Positions 1 to 13,077 of a stretch of DNA of 64,000 nt are shown here, one piece after another (the stretch's first letter is position 1; each line of letters opens with the position of its first letter). The stretch comes from Cyanophora paradoxa CCMP329 (Eukaryota; Plantae; Glaucophyta), in contig QPMI01000518.1 of NCBI GenBank assembly GCA_004431415.1, positions 1 through 64,000 of the forward strand, read 5' to 3'. The position numbers and the translations under genes are program-made. The notes under the pieces are model-generated. The model had not been told where the DNA came from. It saw nothing but the letters and a program-made list of their open reading frames with translations, and did no database searches.

Positions 1-3000
1 AGGCGGCCTTCACTTCCGGCCAGAAGCGAATGCTGATCTGCTTCTTGCGAAACGTCCCCCAAAGACTGTCGATCTGAGAATCAGTCCATCTGCATCATCT
101 GACGTGCGCCTGCGATCGACATAGACCGTATGAGCATGAGCAGTACTAGGGATTACACAGCGTCAGGTGTACCTTCCTTCTGGATAATCCACAAAAGGAA
201 TTGGACTCGCTTGAAATAGAGTGCACTACTCGAGCAAAAAGAGCAGACACAATCTTCCCTGCTCAATTCTGGCTATAGATTCCGAAAGCGACAAGCCATT
301 GCATGCGATGGCCGTATACAGTCTCTCGCCGAAGTCGAACATCTTCGAGTTTCGGGAGGGACAGGTCGATTCCGGGAGTGGATGCTGCAACAAATTGCGG
401 AACTGCTGAGCAGTCATCGGAGACCAAACACGTGAAAATGTCATCGATTGATAGCGGAAGCTGCGGAGTGCTGAATTGGAGCCACTAGCACAAGGCACAA
501 CTGGTCCAGATGAACTGCCCGTTGATGTAATCATCGGCCCCAACTGAACTCTGTAGGGTATCCGCAGATGCAGATAAAGATTTGACCATCCACGCCACCC
601 GAGCCTTACGCGACAGAAATTTCAAGGACTTCCGCTCATTTTCCACTATGGTCGACGTCGCTGGTATAAGCTGAACAGGGATCAGAAAATACAAATGTCG
701 AGCTGGATATCGGGAGACCACTCACCGATAGTGCCTCACCACGTTTCCGCTTCTGCCACCGGAATGGCCAGGAGGTGTATCCGACTGGGATCCAACGAAG
801 GTCATCAAAAAAAACCAAGTAAGAGAATCGCACAGATATGCATTCACCGACAAAGAAACACTGTCAATGTCGCTAGCATCAGCATCCTTCGATACAACAC
901 AAAGAATCAAACGGGAATCATCGACACATATATATAGAGTAAACTACTCACACGATCAGCACCGTTGTCGTCATCATCGGAATCACCCGTTCTCGCCCTT
1001 TTCCCAGCCTAATATAACAAAACACCGCATATTCAAAGGGAATCATAATAGTGCGATTGAGTACAACTATTAATCACTCACGCCGCTGGCATCGCGTCGG
1101 GGAACAGTTACTTTGCTTGCTTTCCGCTTTTTGGACGCAGAACGGCCTTGGTGTGCAACCATTCCTTGTGTCGAACCCGGAGACTTTTTGCTACTTGCAC
1201 CAGTCGATACACGCGTGCGCCGTCTGTCAGCAGCATCTCCTTGGACTGATCCTGGTAGGATCGTAGTGAATAATTGAGGATGTTCAAATGGTGTGATAAA
1301 TATTAATTGAACCCGCACCGGTGCATCAGAAGATGAACTACAGATTTTATACTTTTTTCCGTCGACTTGAAACTGGACAACTGCAGGATTCGATCGTTGG
1401 CGGTCACCTGCTCATGTTAAATAAGCAGACACTCGAACAGATTTAATTAAGGATTCCATCAGGATAGGCCCAAAAATCAACCTCACCATCTGGCTCTTCT
1501 CGTATCTTACCACTGCGACGTGAACCAGGTACACTCGCTCCTGCGACACCTTGTTGAATAGCAGCTGCAAATAGGCCAGCAACGATCAACGACAGATAAT
1601 TATCGCGTGTTTTTCTACCAAACCTTGGTCGGGGACCGACGGAGAGGCAGGTGATGGCACCGGCAAGACGGCCAGAGAACGGGCTTCCATGTCACTCGCC
1701 GGCCCCAATGCATCGCCCCCCATGAAACCCGGCTGTTCGGGAGGTGCGAATGCCGAACCGGAATCCTGCACAGGGATCAGCGTGAAGGCAAACGCATGGG
1801 GAACCGCAACGGCGACTACATCATCGCCGACTCGCCAGGCTGGAACGCGATTGGGTAGACGTGACGGTTGCGGGTCAACTCCACGGTCCGCACAATGGGA
1901 CATGCGAGCACTCCGCGCAGAGAGAACGGGCCTCCAAAAGTTTACTGCCAAGCTTGGGTGACCCGTCGCGGGCTGCAACGCGGCTCAGAACCTGCGAACT
2001 TGTCATTGGAATTAATAGACGGGCCAGTTGAAAGAGCGCACGACATACCGATTTAATGGCATCGGATTGTTGAAGCCCACGCTGACCGGAGAATCATGTA
2101 GGCCAACACGAGGCTCGTCGGCAGGAGGTTCCGAGGATTGCTAGGTAACAGTTGGTGAGAAAATAAAATAAATAACAATAAGCCAAGCAAAACGCATGCA
2201 GTCACCAACGATAAAGCATGTCCGAGTACCTCTGAATCGCGTCCTCATTGCGTGCAATCTGATGTAGATCTGAAATCTGAGAAGTCCATAAACGCGCAAA
2301 ATATATTAATCATACATTTCAAATGATGCAGGTCAAAAAACATGAGAACCCACCTTCTCACAAGCCAGGAATATATGAGCGTCCTCATATTCACGATGTC
2401 GTCAGGGTGCAAATGAACTATTAGCAAAATCAGGAGATATGGAGTGAGACGACACACAACAGTAACCTGTGGAGTAGATACGCTACCACCCTCAGTTTGC
2501 ATAAATTCGGTTAGGCAACCTGTAACGAGTAGCTCTGAGTTCACACAAACATGAACACCGCAATCAACGCCTCCTTGACGCGTTGCCTGCAAACAGCCCC
2601 CATCAATCGAATGCCTTAAATATTATAATCCAGCCAGAATGTACGTACTTCGGCTACAACATAGTTGAAAACAAGGTCACCGGATAATATATCGCGAGGT
2701 GACCCGGGAAACAGAGCCTTGTCCCGGTACGCCGATTGAAGAACCTGAATCGGATTCACGTTACAGAGCCCCCGTAGTCATATACACAAAGCCGACCTTA
2801 TAAGCGAGCCCTTAAGGAGACGTGTACATTCCGGTCCAAGAATGCGTTCTCGTCCGTACCCATTGAACACACTTGCACAATAGCCGTCGCAGTCGAGGGT
2901 CCGATATTCGTTGGCCGAGGCTACCCAAATTGCAGACAATTACGAGAATCCAATGACTGCACATTGATCAGTATGCATGCCGCTGCACTAAAAGAAGGCG

Positions 3001-6000
3001 AGACGCTTACTTGGGCAGGTGCACAGGAAACCCAAGAAACTGGGTTTTGAAAATATTCACGCCAGCCTTAACGAACCATTTCCTAGCCCGATCCGATTCC
3101 CCGTACCCCGCCTGTGCATAGTCAATATCGGCAAGACGGAATAAGGCGATACATGATACACACCTTCAGAAGCACGGTAAAATACGTGTTGAAAAAACAG
3201 ACACTCGTCGCAGGTACAGAAGCCCTGAACGTCGGATCACGCAACTTTTCCATCAAGCAACTATACCGTTCGTGGTCACGGCAACAATCAAAAGCGCATG
3301 ACGCTGCAAGAAACTGCGTTAACTCACTGGTGGAAAAAATTCACGACCTCATCAGTAAATTCTTCGTTCGGTCTCAGGGTAGCAATGTCCCGACGTTTGA
3401 GAGATCCACTAAGAACCCCATCGTCGAAACTATAAAGTACTGTGTCTCCGTCCTTCGCGTTCCAATCTGCGCATTCCAGTATTAACTCAGGCGATACAGA
3501 ACAGTGGCATCACCAAATTCGAGGCACCCGCAACTGACGTGCCCAATCGCGTGATTGTAGATTTAACAATTCGGATGAATGCATCTTTGGCGACGCGCGA
3601 CATTTTGCCATCACTACCGTTTGAATCATACGTTATCACAGAGTCCCTCCAAGACAAGACGATTCGGTTTCTCTCGGTTAGAATTCCGGATATCACTGGA
3701 CATTGCAAAGAAAGTAGCTCGGCTTCATCTGCGCACGGGTGCGACGACGACAACTTTCGCTCGAATTCAAGACGCAAATTCTTCAATTCGCTGATGCAGT
3801 CCAGAAGATGGGTCAGATGCTTGAACCCAGAACCGATATCTGGATTCGGCGACGACAATAAATGCTGTAGACGACAGTAATCATCCCACATCGATCCGTA
3901 AGTAGCCTTCGAGACCTCTTCGATCCGCGATAATTCAATGAAATTGATGAACGACGCAGCCATCATCTCGACGTGCAGATAGTGTTTCACTCCGTCATCG
4001 CGCATCTTCGCTAGTTCCACCACAATTTCACGGGGCGTCAGTCCCTGTGCAACCCACGACTTGAAGGTCGTCTCTGTCATCTGGCGCATGTTCGACGTGG
4101 CCTCGTCATCCAGGAATGACGTGTCGAAGGCATTAGATGACCCGTACGCAGATATTTCAGCCGCGTCCTCCAAAGTGACTGATTTAGAGTTAAGCAGCCA
4201 GTTGAAGGCACGCTCCATGGTACTGTGTAGATGAATGCTGTACGAACGCCGTTGGGTTAGGACGACAAACTTGTTGAAGGCCTCCGCTGCTTCCCGCAAG
4301 TTGTACTTCAATTTGAAGACTGCCGTCATAATATTGTTCAGCAACAAGTAAAGACCACAATGCCCTCGGATATTCCAGGGACGTTCCAGAAGATCTCAGG
4401 CGGAAACACCGGTTTGGCTGGAAGGAAAGACACATTCAAAAATAGATGAGAGTACAAAAAATCAAGATACAAGACATACTGAGGGTAGCCAATCGTCGCC
4501 TTCCCACGGCAACAGATTCGTCGCATTCACAACCGCATCGAACGCCCTCTTAAGATCTTTCGCAGCACCCACCGCGCGTTCCATGACGAGTGACGGCAGC
4601 TCAAAATCTCCCGCAGGCAAGGACCCTGCTGAAAAAAGCCAGAGAATTAGAAGGAGTTTGAGCGAAGTGAATCATGCACACCCCCTCCTGTAGTGGGAGC
4701 GTCCCTCTCTCCCGCTGGAGCCGCATCGGGAGCCAGCTGTAGGACGAATGGATCGGTCTGCAAACCGGCATGCGGAGGCGCAATCCCAGAGACCCGGTCT
4801 CGACGCCCGCGGCCCCTGCACCAGGGCGTCGCCCTCAAGACCGCCAGGCAGACGAGAAGGCGCAGACGCCGACGCGGCAACCTGCGCCGTGATCGGCGTA
4901 AGGGCAGGCGCCGCAGAACAGCGCGGCGCCTGCTGCAACATCGAGCACCAGACTCACCGGGTCGGACCCACTCTCGACGCCCACGGCCGCCTGCCCCACG
5001 GCGTCGCCCTCAAAACCGCCAGGCAGCCGAGAAGGCGCAGACGCCGACACGGCAACCTGCGCCGTGATCGGCGTAAGGGCAGGCGCCGCGGGACAGCGCG
5101 GCGCCTGCTACAACATCGAGCAACAGACTCACCGGGTCGGTGGCGCTGCCGAGTGTTGGCAGATTTGCCGCAGCAGCGGCACGGTCGTCTGCCGCATCGG
5201 GAGCCAGCTGTAGGACGAATGGATCGGTCTGCAAACCGGCATGCGGAGGGCGCGATCCAGAGACCCGTCTCGACGCCCGCGGCCCCTGCACCAGGGCGTC
5301 GCCCTCAAGACCGCCAGGCAGACGAGAAGGCGCAGACGCCGACGCGGCAACCTGCGCCGTGATCGGCGTAAGAGCAGGCGCCGCAGGACAGCGCGGCGCC
5401 TGCTGCAACATCGAGCACCAGACTCACCGGGTCGGACCCACTCTCGACGCCCACGGCCGCCTGCCCCAAGGCGTCGCCCTCAAAACCGCCAGGCAGCCGA
5501 GAAGGCGCAGACGCCGACACGGCAACCTGCGCCGTGATCGGCGTAAGGGCAGGCGCCGCGGGACAGCGCGGCGCCTGCTGCAACATCGAGCACCAGACTC
5601 ACCGGGTCGGTGGCGCTGCCGAGTGTTGGCAGATTCGCCGCAGCAGCGGCACGGTCGCCTGCCGCATCGGGAACCAGCTGTAGGACGAATGGATCGGTCT
5701 GCAAACCGGCATGCGGAGGGCGCGATCCCAGAGACCCGGTCTCGACGCCCGCGGCCCCCTGCACCAGGGCATCGCCCTCAAGACCGCCAGGCAGACGAGA
5801 AGGCGCAGACGCCGACGCGGCAACCTGCGCCGTGATCGGCGTAAGGGCAGGCGCCGCAGGACAGCGCGGCGCCTGCTGCAACATCGGGCACCAGACTCAC
5901 CGGGTCGGACCCACTCTCGACGCCCGCGGCCCCTGCACCAGGGCGTCGCCCTCAAGACCGCCAGGCAGACGAGAAGGCGCAGACGCCGACGCGGCAACCT

Positions 6001-7241
6001 GCGCCGTGATCGGCGTAAGGGCAGGCGCCGCAGGACAGCGCGGCGCCTGCTGCAACATCGGGCACCAGACTCACCGGGTCGGACCCACTCTCGACGCCCG
6101 CGGCCCCTGCACCAGGGCGTCGCCCTCAAGACCGCCAGGCAGACGAGAAGGCGCAGACGCCGACGCGGCAACCTGCGCCGTGATCGGCGTAAGGGCAGGC
6201 GCCGCAGGACAGCGCGGCGCCTGCTGCAACATCGAGCACCAGACTCACCGGGTCGGTGGCGCTGCCGAGTGTTGGTAGATTTGCCGCATCAGTAGCACGG
6301 TCGTCTGCCGCATCGGGAGCCTCAACAGATGGATCAGGCTCCGAAACAGCACGAGGAGAACGCGCTCTCGGAGACCCCTCCTCGTCGCCCGCCTGCCCAA
6401 GGCATCGCTCTCATCAACGATGATGATAATCGGGTCGCTGTCTCCCGGGAAAGGAGACACACGACGCTCGCCGGCCGGTCGCCCGGCAGGCACAGAGGCC
6501 GGAGAGCTGGAAGGAGAGGCGTAGGACCCGGGGGTGGGCACGAGGGGGCGCGGAAGTTCAGCCGACCCATGATCCTCGCCTCCCTCGTTGACAGGCAGAT
6601 CCTCGGCCCCCTGGCCGTGCGGGTCTACAGCCGTCGCAGTCGAAGCATTCCCTCCAGACCCAGTAACTCTCGGTAAAAAAGAGCCTGCATCTGATATAAT
6701 TGCTGTCAATCGCAATTGCGAAATAAAACGTCAGAAGAGCAATCACAGTAATCAGACAAGTCACCATCGAAAACATGATCATCACCATCAGTTGGTTCCA
6801 AAGTAAGGCCACCTTCAACAACAAGCTCATCATCATCGAAATCAGCTGGTTTCAAAGGGCGGTTCCAACATGCCAGATTTCGCCGGAACCGCTCCTTATG
6901 AAACGCTGCCGCAGGCCGATAAAACGTTCAGATATATCAGAATATGCGCTAAGAGAATAAGAAAGAAAAACGACAACTTATTAAATAAATGACGCACCAT
7001 CAGCGACAGGAGTAGAGTCCGCAGCGGTTGCTGGAAGATCCTTAGAACTGTCTTCCGCGGCGGCAGCGCTCTCATCGGTAGAAGACGAGCTAAGCGACGG
7101 AAAGCACTCGTTTGACGAAGGAGCAGTGCCTGCAGCGATGATGCTCAAGTCAGTTGCAGAAGGCAGGTCGCGCCGAACACGCTAACAATGTAGAGATTTG
7201 CGACCACCTTCGCTAGCGGAGCTGACGGCAGCCGCACTCAT
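1..7241 (-). CDS. Multi-exon gene (or adjacent genes) of unknown function with a low-complexity acidic/Ala-Ser-Pro N-terminus; 3' end runs off the window; exon boundaries approximate
   Basis: Minus-strand open segments are bounded by GT/AG (e.g. exon VLQSAYRDKALFPGSPRDILSGDLVFNYVVAE at ~2648-2744 followed by gtacgt). There is a 286-aa open segment at 3487-4347 and a candidate start MSAAAVSSASE at 7241. No recognisable domain. Confidence 0.45.
4700..6330 (-). repeat. Tandem array of exon+intron units (99-nt exon + 76-nt intron = 175 bp, alternating with ~295-bp units)
   Basis: Seven GTGAGT donors on the minus strand at 4957, 5132, 5427, 5602, 5900, 6074 and 6248, each followed 76 nt later by ...CGCAG. 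The exon encodes VAASASAPSRLPGG(L/F)EGDA(L/V)xQxAxGVESGSDP, phase 0. Confidence 0.8.
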
Positions 7242-8029
7242 CAGAGTCCAATCCGACAGGCGCCGGCGGTGACTAGTACTAGTACTGCGTCCAGGAATCA
7301 AGTCGCGTCCCACGGAGTAGCCGCACTCCGTGAGATCAAATAGTCACCTTATACGCCTCACCGGGAGCCTACCCAAACTGAGGCTCCCGGAGTCTTTGCG
7401 ACCGCAAGTAACGGAGCCCTTGCGACCGCGAGTAAAACGAGCGGCCTGGCTTAGCCAAGCGTGCGGCACAATACGATGTGCCTGTGTCCAAGCAACTGCG
7501 CTCTCTGCGGTGCCCGAACGACGATGCTGTGGCCAAGCAACTAAGCAGGCAAGACAAGGGTACAACTATAAGACCGGAGAGCAAACGCTACAGACGGCGG
7601 ACGGAGGAAAAACCACAGCTGCCGGACGACGGAGGTGTACACCGTCCACAATACGAGCTCGAGTCGCGTCGTGCTCGACCAAGCGGCGCTCAAAGCAAAG
7701 CCGGAAGTGCGCCTCGCGCCCGAGAGATCCTGAGCACGCGCGCTCAACTGCTCAACAGAAGGAGACCGAGATGCTGGGCCCTCGAACGCGAGGGTGCCGC
7801 AGTGCGCTCCACCCGACCCGTCCCGCAGGTGGCACAGAGAATTCTGTCGCCTTCTCCAGCCCGAGGCCCAGGGAGAATCGCGAACCAGTTTTGCCGCTTC
7901 GCGTGTCTCCTCTGACTCGACGGCAGATATTGATCCCCCGATCTGTGGCTCGGTACTGATCGGCGCGCAATGACGTTTTCTCAGTCATTCAGCACCGGCG
8001 AGGTTGCGGGGAGCGTCAGCGACATCCCT

Positions 8030-10040
8030 CCATGCTGCGCTGAGAGCCACGCAGAAGGCAAGGCCTCTGCGCGTCGCGTCGAGCGGCAGCTCGACGAGCG
8101 GCCTAGCCTCGCAGCCTTGAGCTTCGCCCCGCACAGAGTTCGTGAGCCGCCCCGTCCCGCCCCGCCCCTCCCCGCCCCGCCGCCATGCTGCGCAAAGAGA
8201 CGCGCAGGAGACAAGGCATCTAGATCTGCACGCCGCGTCGAGCGGCAGCTCGGCGAGCGGCCTCGAGCTTCGCCCTGCCCGGGTGCGTAAGCCGACCCGC
8301 CCCGCCCCGCCCCGCCCAGCCCCGACGCCATGCTGCGATGCGAAAAGTGCACGAGGCAAGGCCTCTGCACGCCACGTCGAGCGGCAGCTCGACGAGCGGC
8401 CTGCTGCGCTGAGGGACAAGCAGGAGGCACTGCGGCAAGGCCTCCGCACGCCGCGTCGAGCGGCAACTCGGCGAGCGGCCTCGAGCTTCGCCCCGCCCGG
8501 CTTAGTGAGCAGCCCGCCCCGCCCCGCACCGCCCCGCCCCGCCCGCCCCGACCCGCCGCCATACTGAGCTGAGAGACGCGCAGGAGGCAAGGCCTCCGCA
8601 CGCCGCGTCGAGCGGCAACTCGGCGAGCGGCCTCGAGCTTCGCCCCGCCCGGCTTCGTGAGCCGCCCCGCCCCGCCCCGCACCGCCCCGCCCCGCCCCGC
8701 CCCGACCCGCCGCCATACTGAGCTGAGAGACGCGCAGGAGGCAAGGCCTCCGCACGCCGCGTCGAGCGGCAACTCGGCGAGCGGCCTCGAGCTTCGCCCC
8801 GCCCGGCTTCGTGAGCCGCCCCGCCGCGCCCCGCCCCGGGCCCCGTCCCGCCGCCATGCTGCGCTGAGAGACAAGCAGGAGGCAAGGCCTCCGCACGCCG
8901 CTTCAAGCAGCCGCTCGGCGAGCGGCCTCGAGCTTCCCCCCGACCGGGCTCGTGAGCCGCCCCGCCCCACTCCGCCCCGCTCCGCCGCCATGCTGCGCTG
9001 AGAGACGCGCAGGAAACAAGGACTCTGCACGACGAGCCGAGCGGCAGCTCGGCGAGCGGCCTCGAGATTCACCCCGCCCGGCTTCGTGAGCCGCCCCGCC
9101 CCGCCCCCCCCCCGCCCCGCCCCACCCCGCCACCATGCCGCGCCGAAAGACAAGCAGGAGACAAGACAGCTGCACGCCACGTCGAGCGGCAGCTCGGCGA
9201 ACGGCATCGAGCCTCGCCCCGCCCGGCTTCGTCACGAGGTCGCTGATCATGAAGAATCCGGACGCCTACACCCATCTACAGGAGGAGGATCAGGATGCTG
9301 CGCTGAGAGACGCGCAGGATGCAAGGCCTCCGCACGCCGCGTCGAGCGGCAGCTCGGCGACCGGCCTCGAGCTTCCCCCGCCCGGGATCGTGAGCCGCCC
9401 CGCCCAGCCCACCCCACTCCGCCGCCGCGAAGCGATGAGAGACGCGCAGGAGGCAAGGCCTCTGCAGCGGCGGGCCATGTCTCGCTTGCCGGTCTCGGCG
9501 ACCGGCCTCGAGCTTCCCCCCGCCCGGGATCGTGAGTCGCCCCGCCCAGCCCCACCCCGCTCCGCCGCCGCGAAGCCCTGAGATACGCGCAGGAGGCAAG
9601 GCCTCTGCACGCCGCGTCGAGCGGCAGCTCGGCGAGCAGCCTCGAGCTGAGCTCCGCCCTGCTTCGTGAGCCGCCCCGCCCCGCCCCACCCCCCCCCGCC
9701 GCGCCCCGCCCCGCCCGTCCCGCCGCCATGCTGCGGTGAGAGCCGCGCAGGAGGCAAGGCCTCCGCACGCCGCGTCGAGCGGCAGCTCGGCGAGCGGCCT
9801 CGAGCATCTCCCCGCCCGGGATCGTGAGCCGCCCCGCCCCGACCCACCCCGCTCCGCCACCGCGAAGCGCTGAGAGACGCGCAGGAGGCAAGGCCTCTGC
9901 ACGCCGCGTCAAGCGACAGCTCGGCGAGCAGCCTCGAGCTTCGCCCCGCCCAGCTTCGTGAGCCGCCCCGCCCCGCCCCACCCCGCCCCGCCCCGCCCCG
10001 CCCCGCCCCGCCGCCATGCTGCGCAGGGAGACGCGCAGTA
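8030..10040. repeat. GC-rich minisatellite, ~125-135 bp unit, about 15 copies, with variable (CCCCG)n tracts
   Basis: Recurring core GGAGGCAAGGCCTCCGCACGCCGCGTCGAGCGGCAGCTCGGCGAGCGGCCTCGAGCTTCGCCCCGCCCGGCTTCGTGAGCCGCCCC...GCTGAGAGACGCGCAG. Confidence 0.9.
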
Positions 10041-11307
10041 CCCCGACGTCGCCACCCTTCAGCGCCAAGCAATTACGGCCCCCCATCGCCCCGCCCGCTC
10101 AAACATGCTCCCCGCAGAGGCAGTCCAAGGGAGGGCGAGGACGGCGTGCTACACGACGAAGGAGACGTCATCGGCTCGCCAACGCCACCCCTACGGCCCC
10201 CCTGCGCCCCTTCCACGCATTCCGGCTCCCCGCCCCGGCAGACCCGCTGTAGCTGCGGTCCCCGGGGGACAGAGGACAGCGTCCTCCGCATTGAGAGGCA
10301 CGTCATCAGCTCGCCCCGGCCGCCCTCAATGCCCATGCTCGCGGAACCCCGCCGGCGCCCCGCCCCACCCGCCTTCCGGCGCCTCGCACATGCTGCCCCC
10401 AATCACACGGCCACCGTGATTTTCCAGCTCCCATGTGGGCAATGCAGGGCGCGCGCGGGCATCCACACAGATAAGACATGCCACAAAATAGCAACACTGT
10501 GACAGAATACAACATGCACATCACACAACATTCGACTCACTTCGACCAACATGAGCAGGCGGCCGTCGGCACACCCTCATGCCACCGCCGCGGGCCCCAC
10601 GCGGAAGGGCGGAGGCGCGGGGAAGGGCAGCACAACGCGAGACGCTCGAAGGAGGCGGGGAAGGTGGCGACGCTTGAAGACAGCGGCGATCGCTTGAAGG
10701 CGGCAGCAGCGACGGTAGACGCTTAAAGACAAGACGCTTGAAGGCCACTGGAACCTGCGATCAGGAACATGCGAGGGCAGCAGCCTAAACCTTGGGCGAC
10801 CGATGTTAGCGGAATCAACACTGCACATGCGCAGAAAACGGGGCGCACGGTGGCACTCATTCTTGAGCCGTGTTCGCCGTAGACTATAACTAGGATGCGA
10901 CGACCCCGCGTGGTCATCCATCTGTCGTTGCCCGTGAGGGCGACACCCACGACGGGACGTCGACGCGGTCAACCTGTAATCGCCATGCCATCGTAGTCCG
11001 CTCACAATAGCTTCGCGCGGAAGAAGAAAGCACTCCATGTTAGAAAGACAAGCACAACCCATGGCCATGCGCGGAGGAAGGAACGCACGGTAAACCGCGG
11101 TCCAGATGAACAATGAGCTCATCGCTCATTCTTGTCGCACCGGCATGGATCCCTAGCACCATCCCACCCGACACATTCCTTCGGAAGCTCAGCCATGAGG
11201 CTCTCACGATGACATAAAAGCGCGGACCGTACCTGTGGCCGAGCAACTGCGCGGCCGCGTCAATATCAACGACCAGCTGACCGGCAGGCCGGGCCCGTCA
11301 ATATGCA

Positions 11308-12772
11308 GTACCCGTAGATCTAGACCAGCCGTCCCGGACGGCTGCTCACATCGCATAGACCCTGGTTCGAATCCACAGAGTGAGTCTTATTCGCCATCTT
11401 GCTTTCAGTCCACGGTACAAAGTTCGTTAGCTAGGACATGGACTAGAATATAGTAAGCCGCCCGGGGCGCAGCGGCGGGTCATCTCTCGCTTGGTGCGCG
11501 CCTCCCCACCCTTCGCCACCGCGCCTCGCGCGACGGGGCGGGCACAAGGATCTCGACTCGCGACGCCCGCGCGGCGGAGGCGGCCGGAACGCAGCGGCGA
11601 CCCATCTCTCGCTTGGTGCGCGCCTCCCCGCCCTTCAGCGCCGCGCCCCGCACGACAGGTGAGGGCCCGACTCGCAGCGCCTTCGCGCCAGGGCCGGGGC
11701 GCCCGGGGTGCAGCGGCGGGCCATGTCTCGCTTGGTGCGAACCTCCCCGCCCTTCCCCGCCGCGCCCTGCGCGACGGGGCGGGCGCAGGTAGCTCTACTC
11801 GCGGCGCCTTAACGGCGGGGGCGACCGGGACGCAGCGGCGGCCCATCTATAGCTTCGTGCGCGCCTCCCCGCCATTCACCGCCGCGCCCCGCGCGACAAG
11901 CCGAGCGCAGTCGACCCGCCTCGCAGGGCGCAGTGCTAGCGGCGGACCATCTCTTACTTGGTGCGGGCCTCCAAGCACTTCGGCGCCGCGCCTCGCGCGA
12001 CGGGGCGGGTGCAGGGGTCTCGACTCACGACGCCCGCGCGGCGGGGGCGGCCGGAACGCAGCGGCGGCCCATCTCTTGCTTGGTGCGCGCCTCCCCGACC
12101 TTCAGCGCCGCGCCTCGCGACGGGGCGGGCGCAGGGATCTCGACTCACGACGCCCGCGCGGCGGCGGCGGCCGGAACGCAGCGGCGGCACATCTCTCGCT
12201 TGGTGCCCGCCTCCCGCACTTCGACACCGCGCCTCGCGCGACGGGGCGGACGCAGGGGTCTCGACTCACGACGCCCGCGCGGCGGAGGCGGCCGGAACGC
12301 AGCGGCGGCCCATCTCTTGCTTGGTGCGCGCCTCCCCGACCTTCAGCGCCGCGCCCCGCGCGACAAGGTGAACGCAGGCGACCCAACTCGCGGCGCCTTC
12401 GCGTCAGGGCCGTGGCGGCCGGGGTGCAGCGGCGGCCCATGTCTCGCTTGGTGCGTTCCTCCCCGCCCTTCCCCTCCGCGCCCCGTGCGACCGGACGGGC
12501 GCAGGTCGCTCGCCTCGCGGCGCCTTCGCGGCGGGCGCGGCCGGGACGCAGCGGGTGCCTACTGTGCTCTCCGCGTCCGTGCCTCGCGCGACGGGGCGGG
12601 CGCAGGGAGGTGAACTCGCAGCGTCCTCGCGGCGGCGGCGGCCGGGACATAGCGGCGGATCATCTCTCGCTTCGTGCGCACCTACCCGCCCTTCGACGCA
12701 GCGCCCCGTGCGACTAGGTGAGCGCAGGCAACCCAACTCGAGGCGCCTTCGCGACTGGACCGGGACGGCCGG
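11308..12772 (+). repeat. Composite repeat copy 1: hairpin + tRNA-like T-arm head followed by a ~120-bp GC-rich minisatellite
   Basis: The ~180-bp head (GTACCCGTAGATCTAGACC...GGACTAGAATATAGTAAGCCG) recurs 1770 bp downstream. Body unit is GCAGCGGCGGCCCATCTCTCGCTTGGTGCGCGCCTCCCC... Both copies end CTGGACCGGGACGGCCGG. Confidence 0.85.
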
Positions 12773-13077
12773 AGGATAGCAATTGAGAACAAAAATCCCA
12801 AGCTAGAGTGCGTCGGCGGCGGTCACAGAGGCCAAGTCCGCAGCTGCAAGCAGAGGCCAAGCCCTGAAGTTCGCAGCTGCAAGCACGGCAGCGGGGCCAC
12901 AGCCCTGGCGGCGGTCTAGATAGATACATAGATTCCTTGCGGGCGCACACGTTGATTGTTTAGCAGAGGATAAATAACTACCAGTTCATTACCTAGGACA
13001 TGGACTACGTAGGCCGCCCGAAGAGAAAATGACCGGCGACAACGGCCAAATGGTTCGGGCGGAAGCTTGGATATTCG

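Noticed and set aside
485-721. 'GADD' as a reverse-transcriptase YADD motif
   Set aside because: No other RT motifs nearby and the required aromatic residue is missing.
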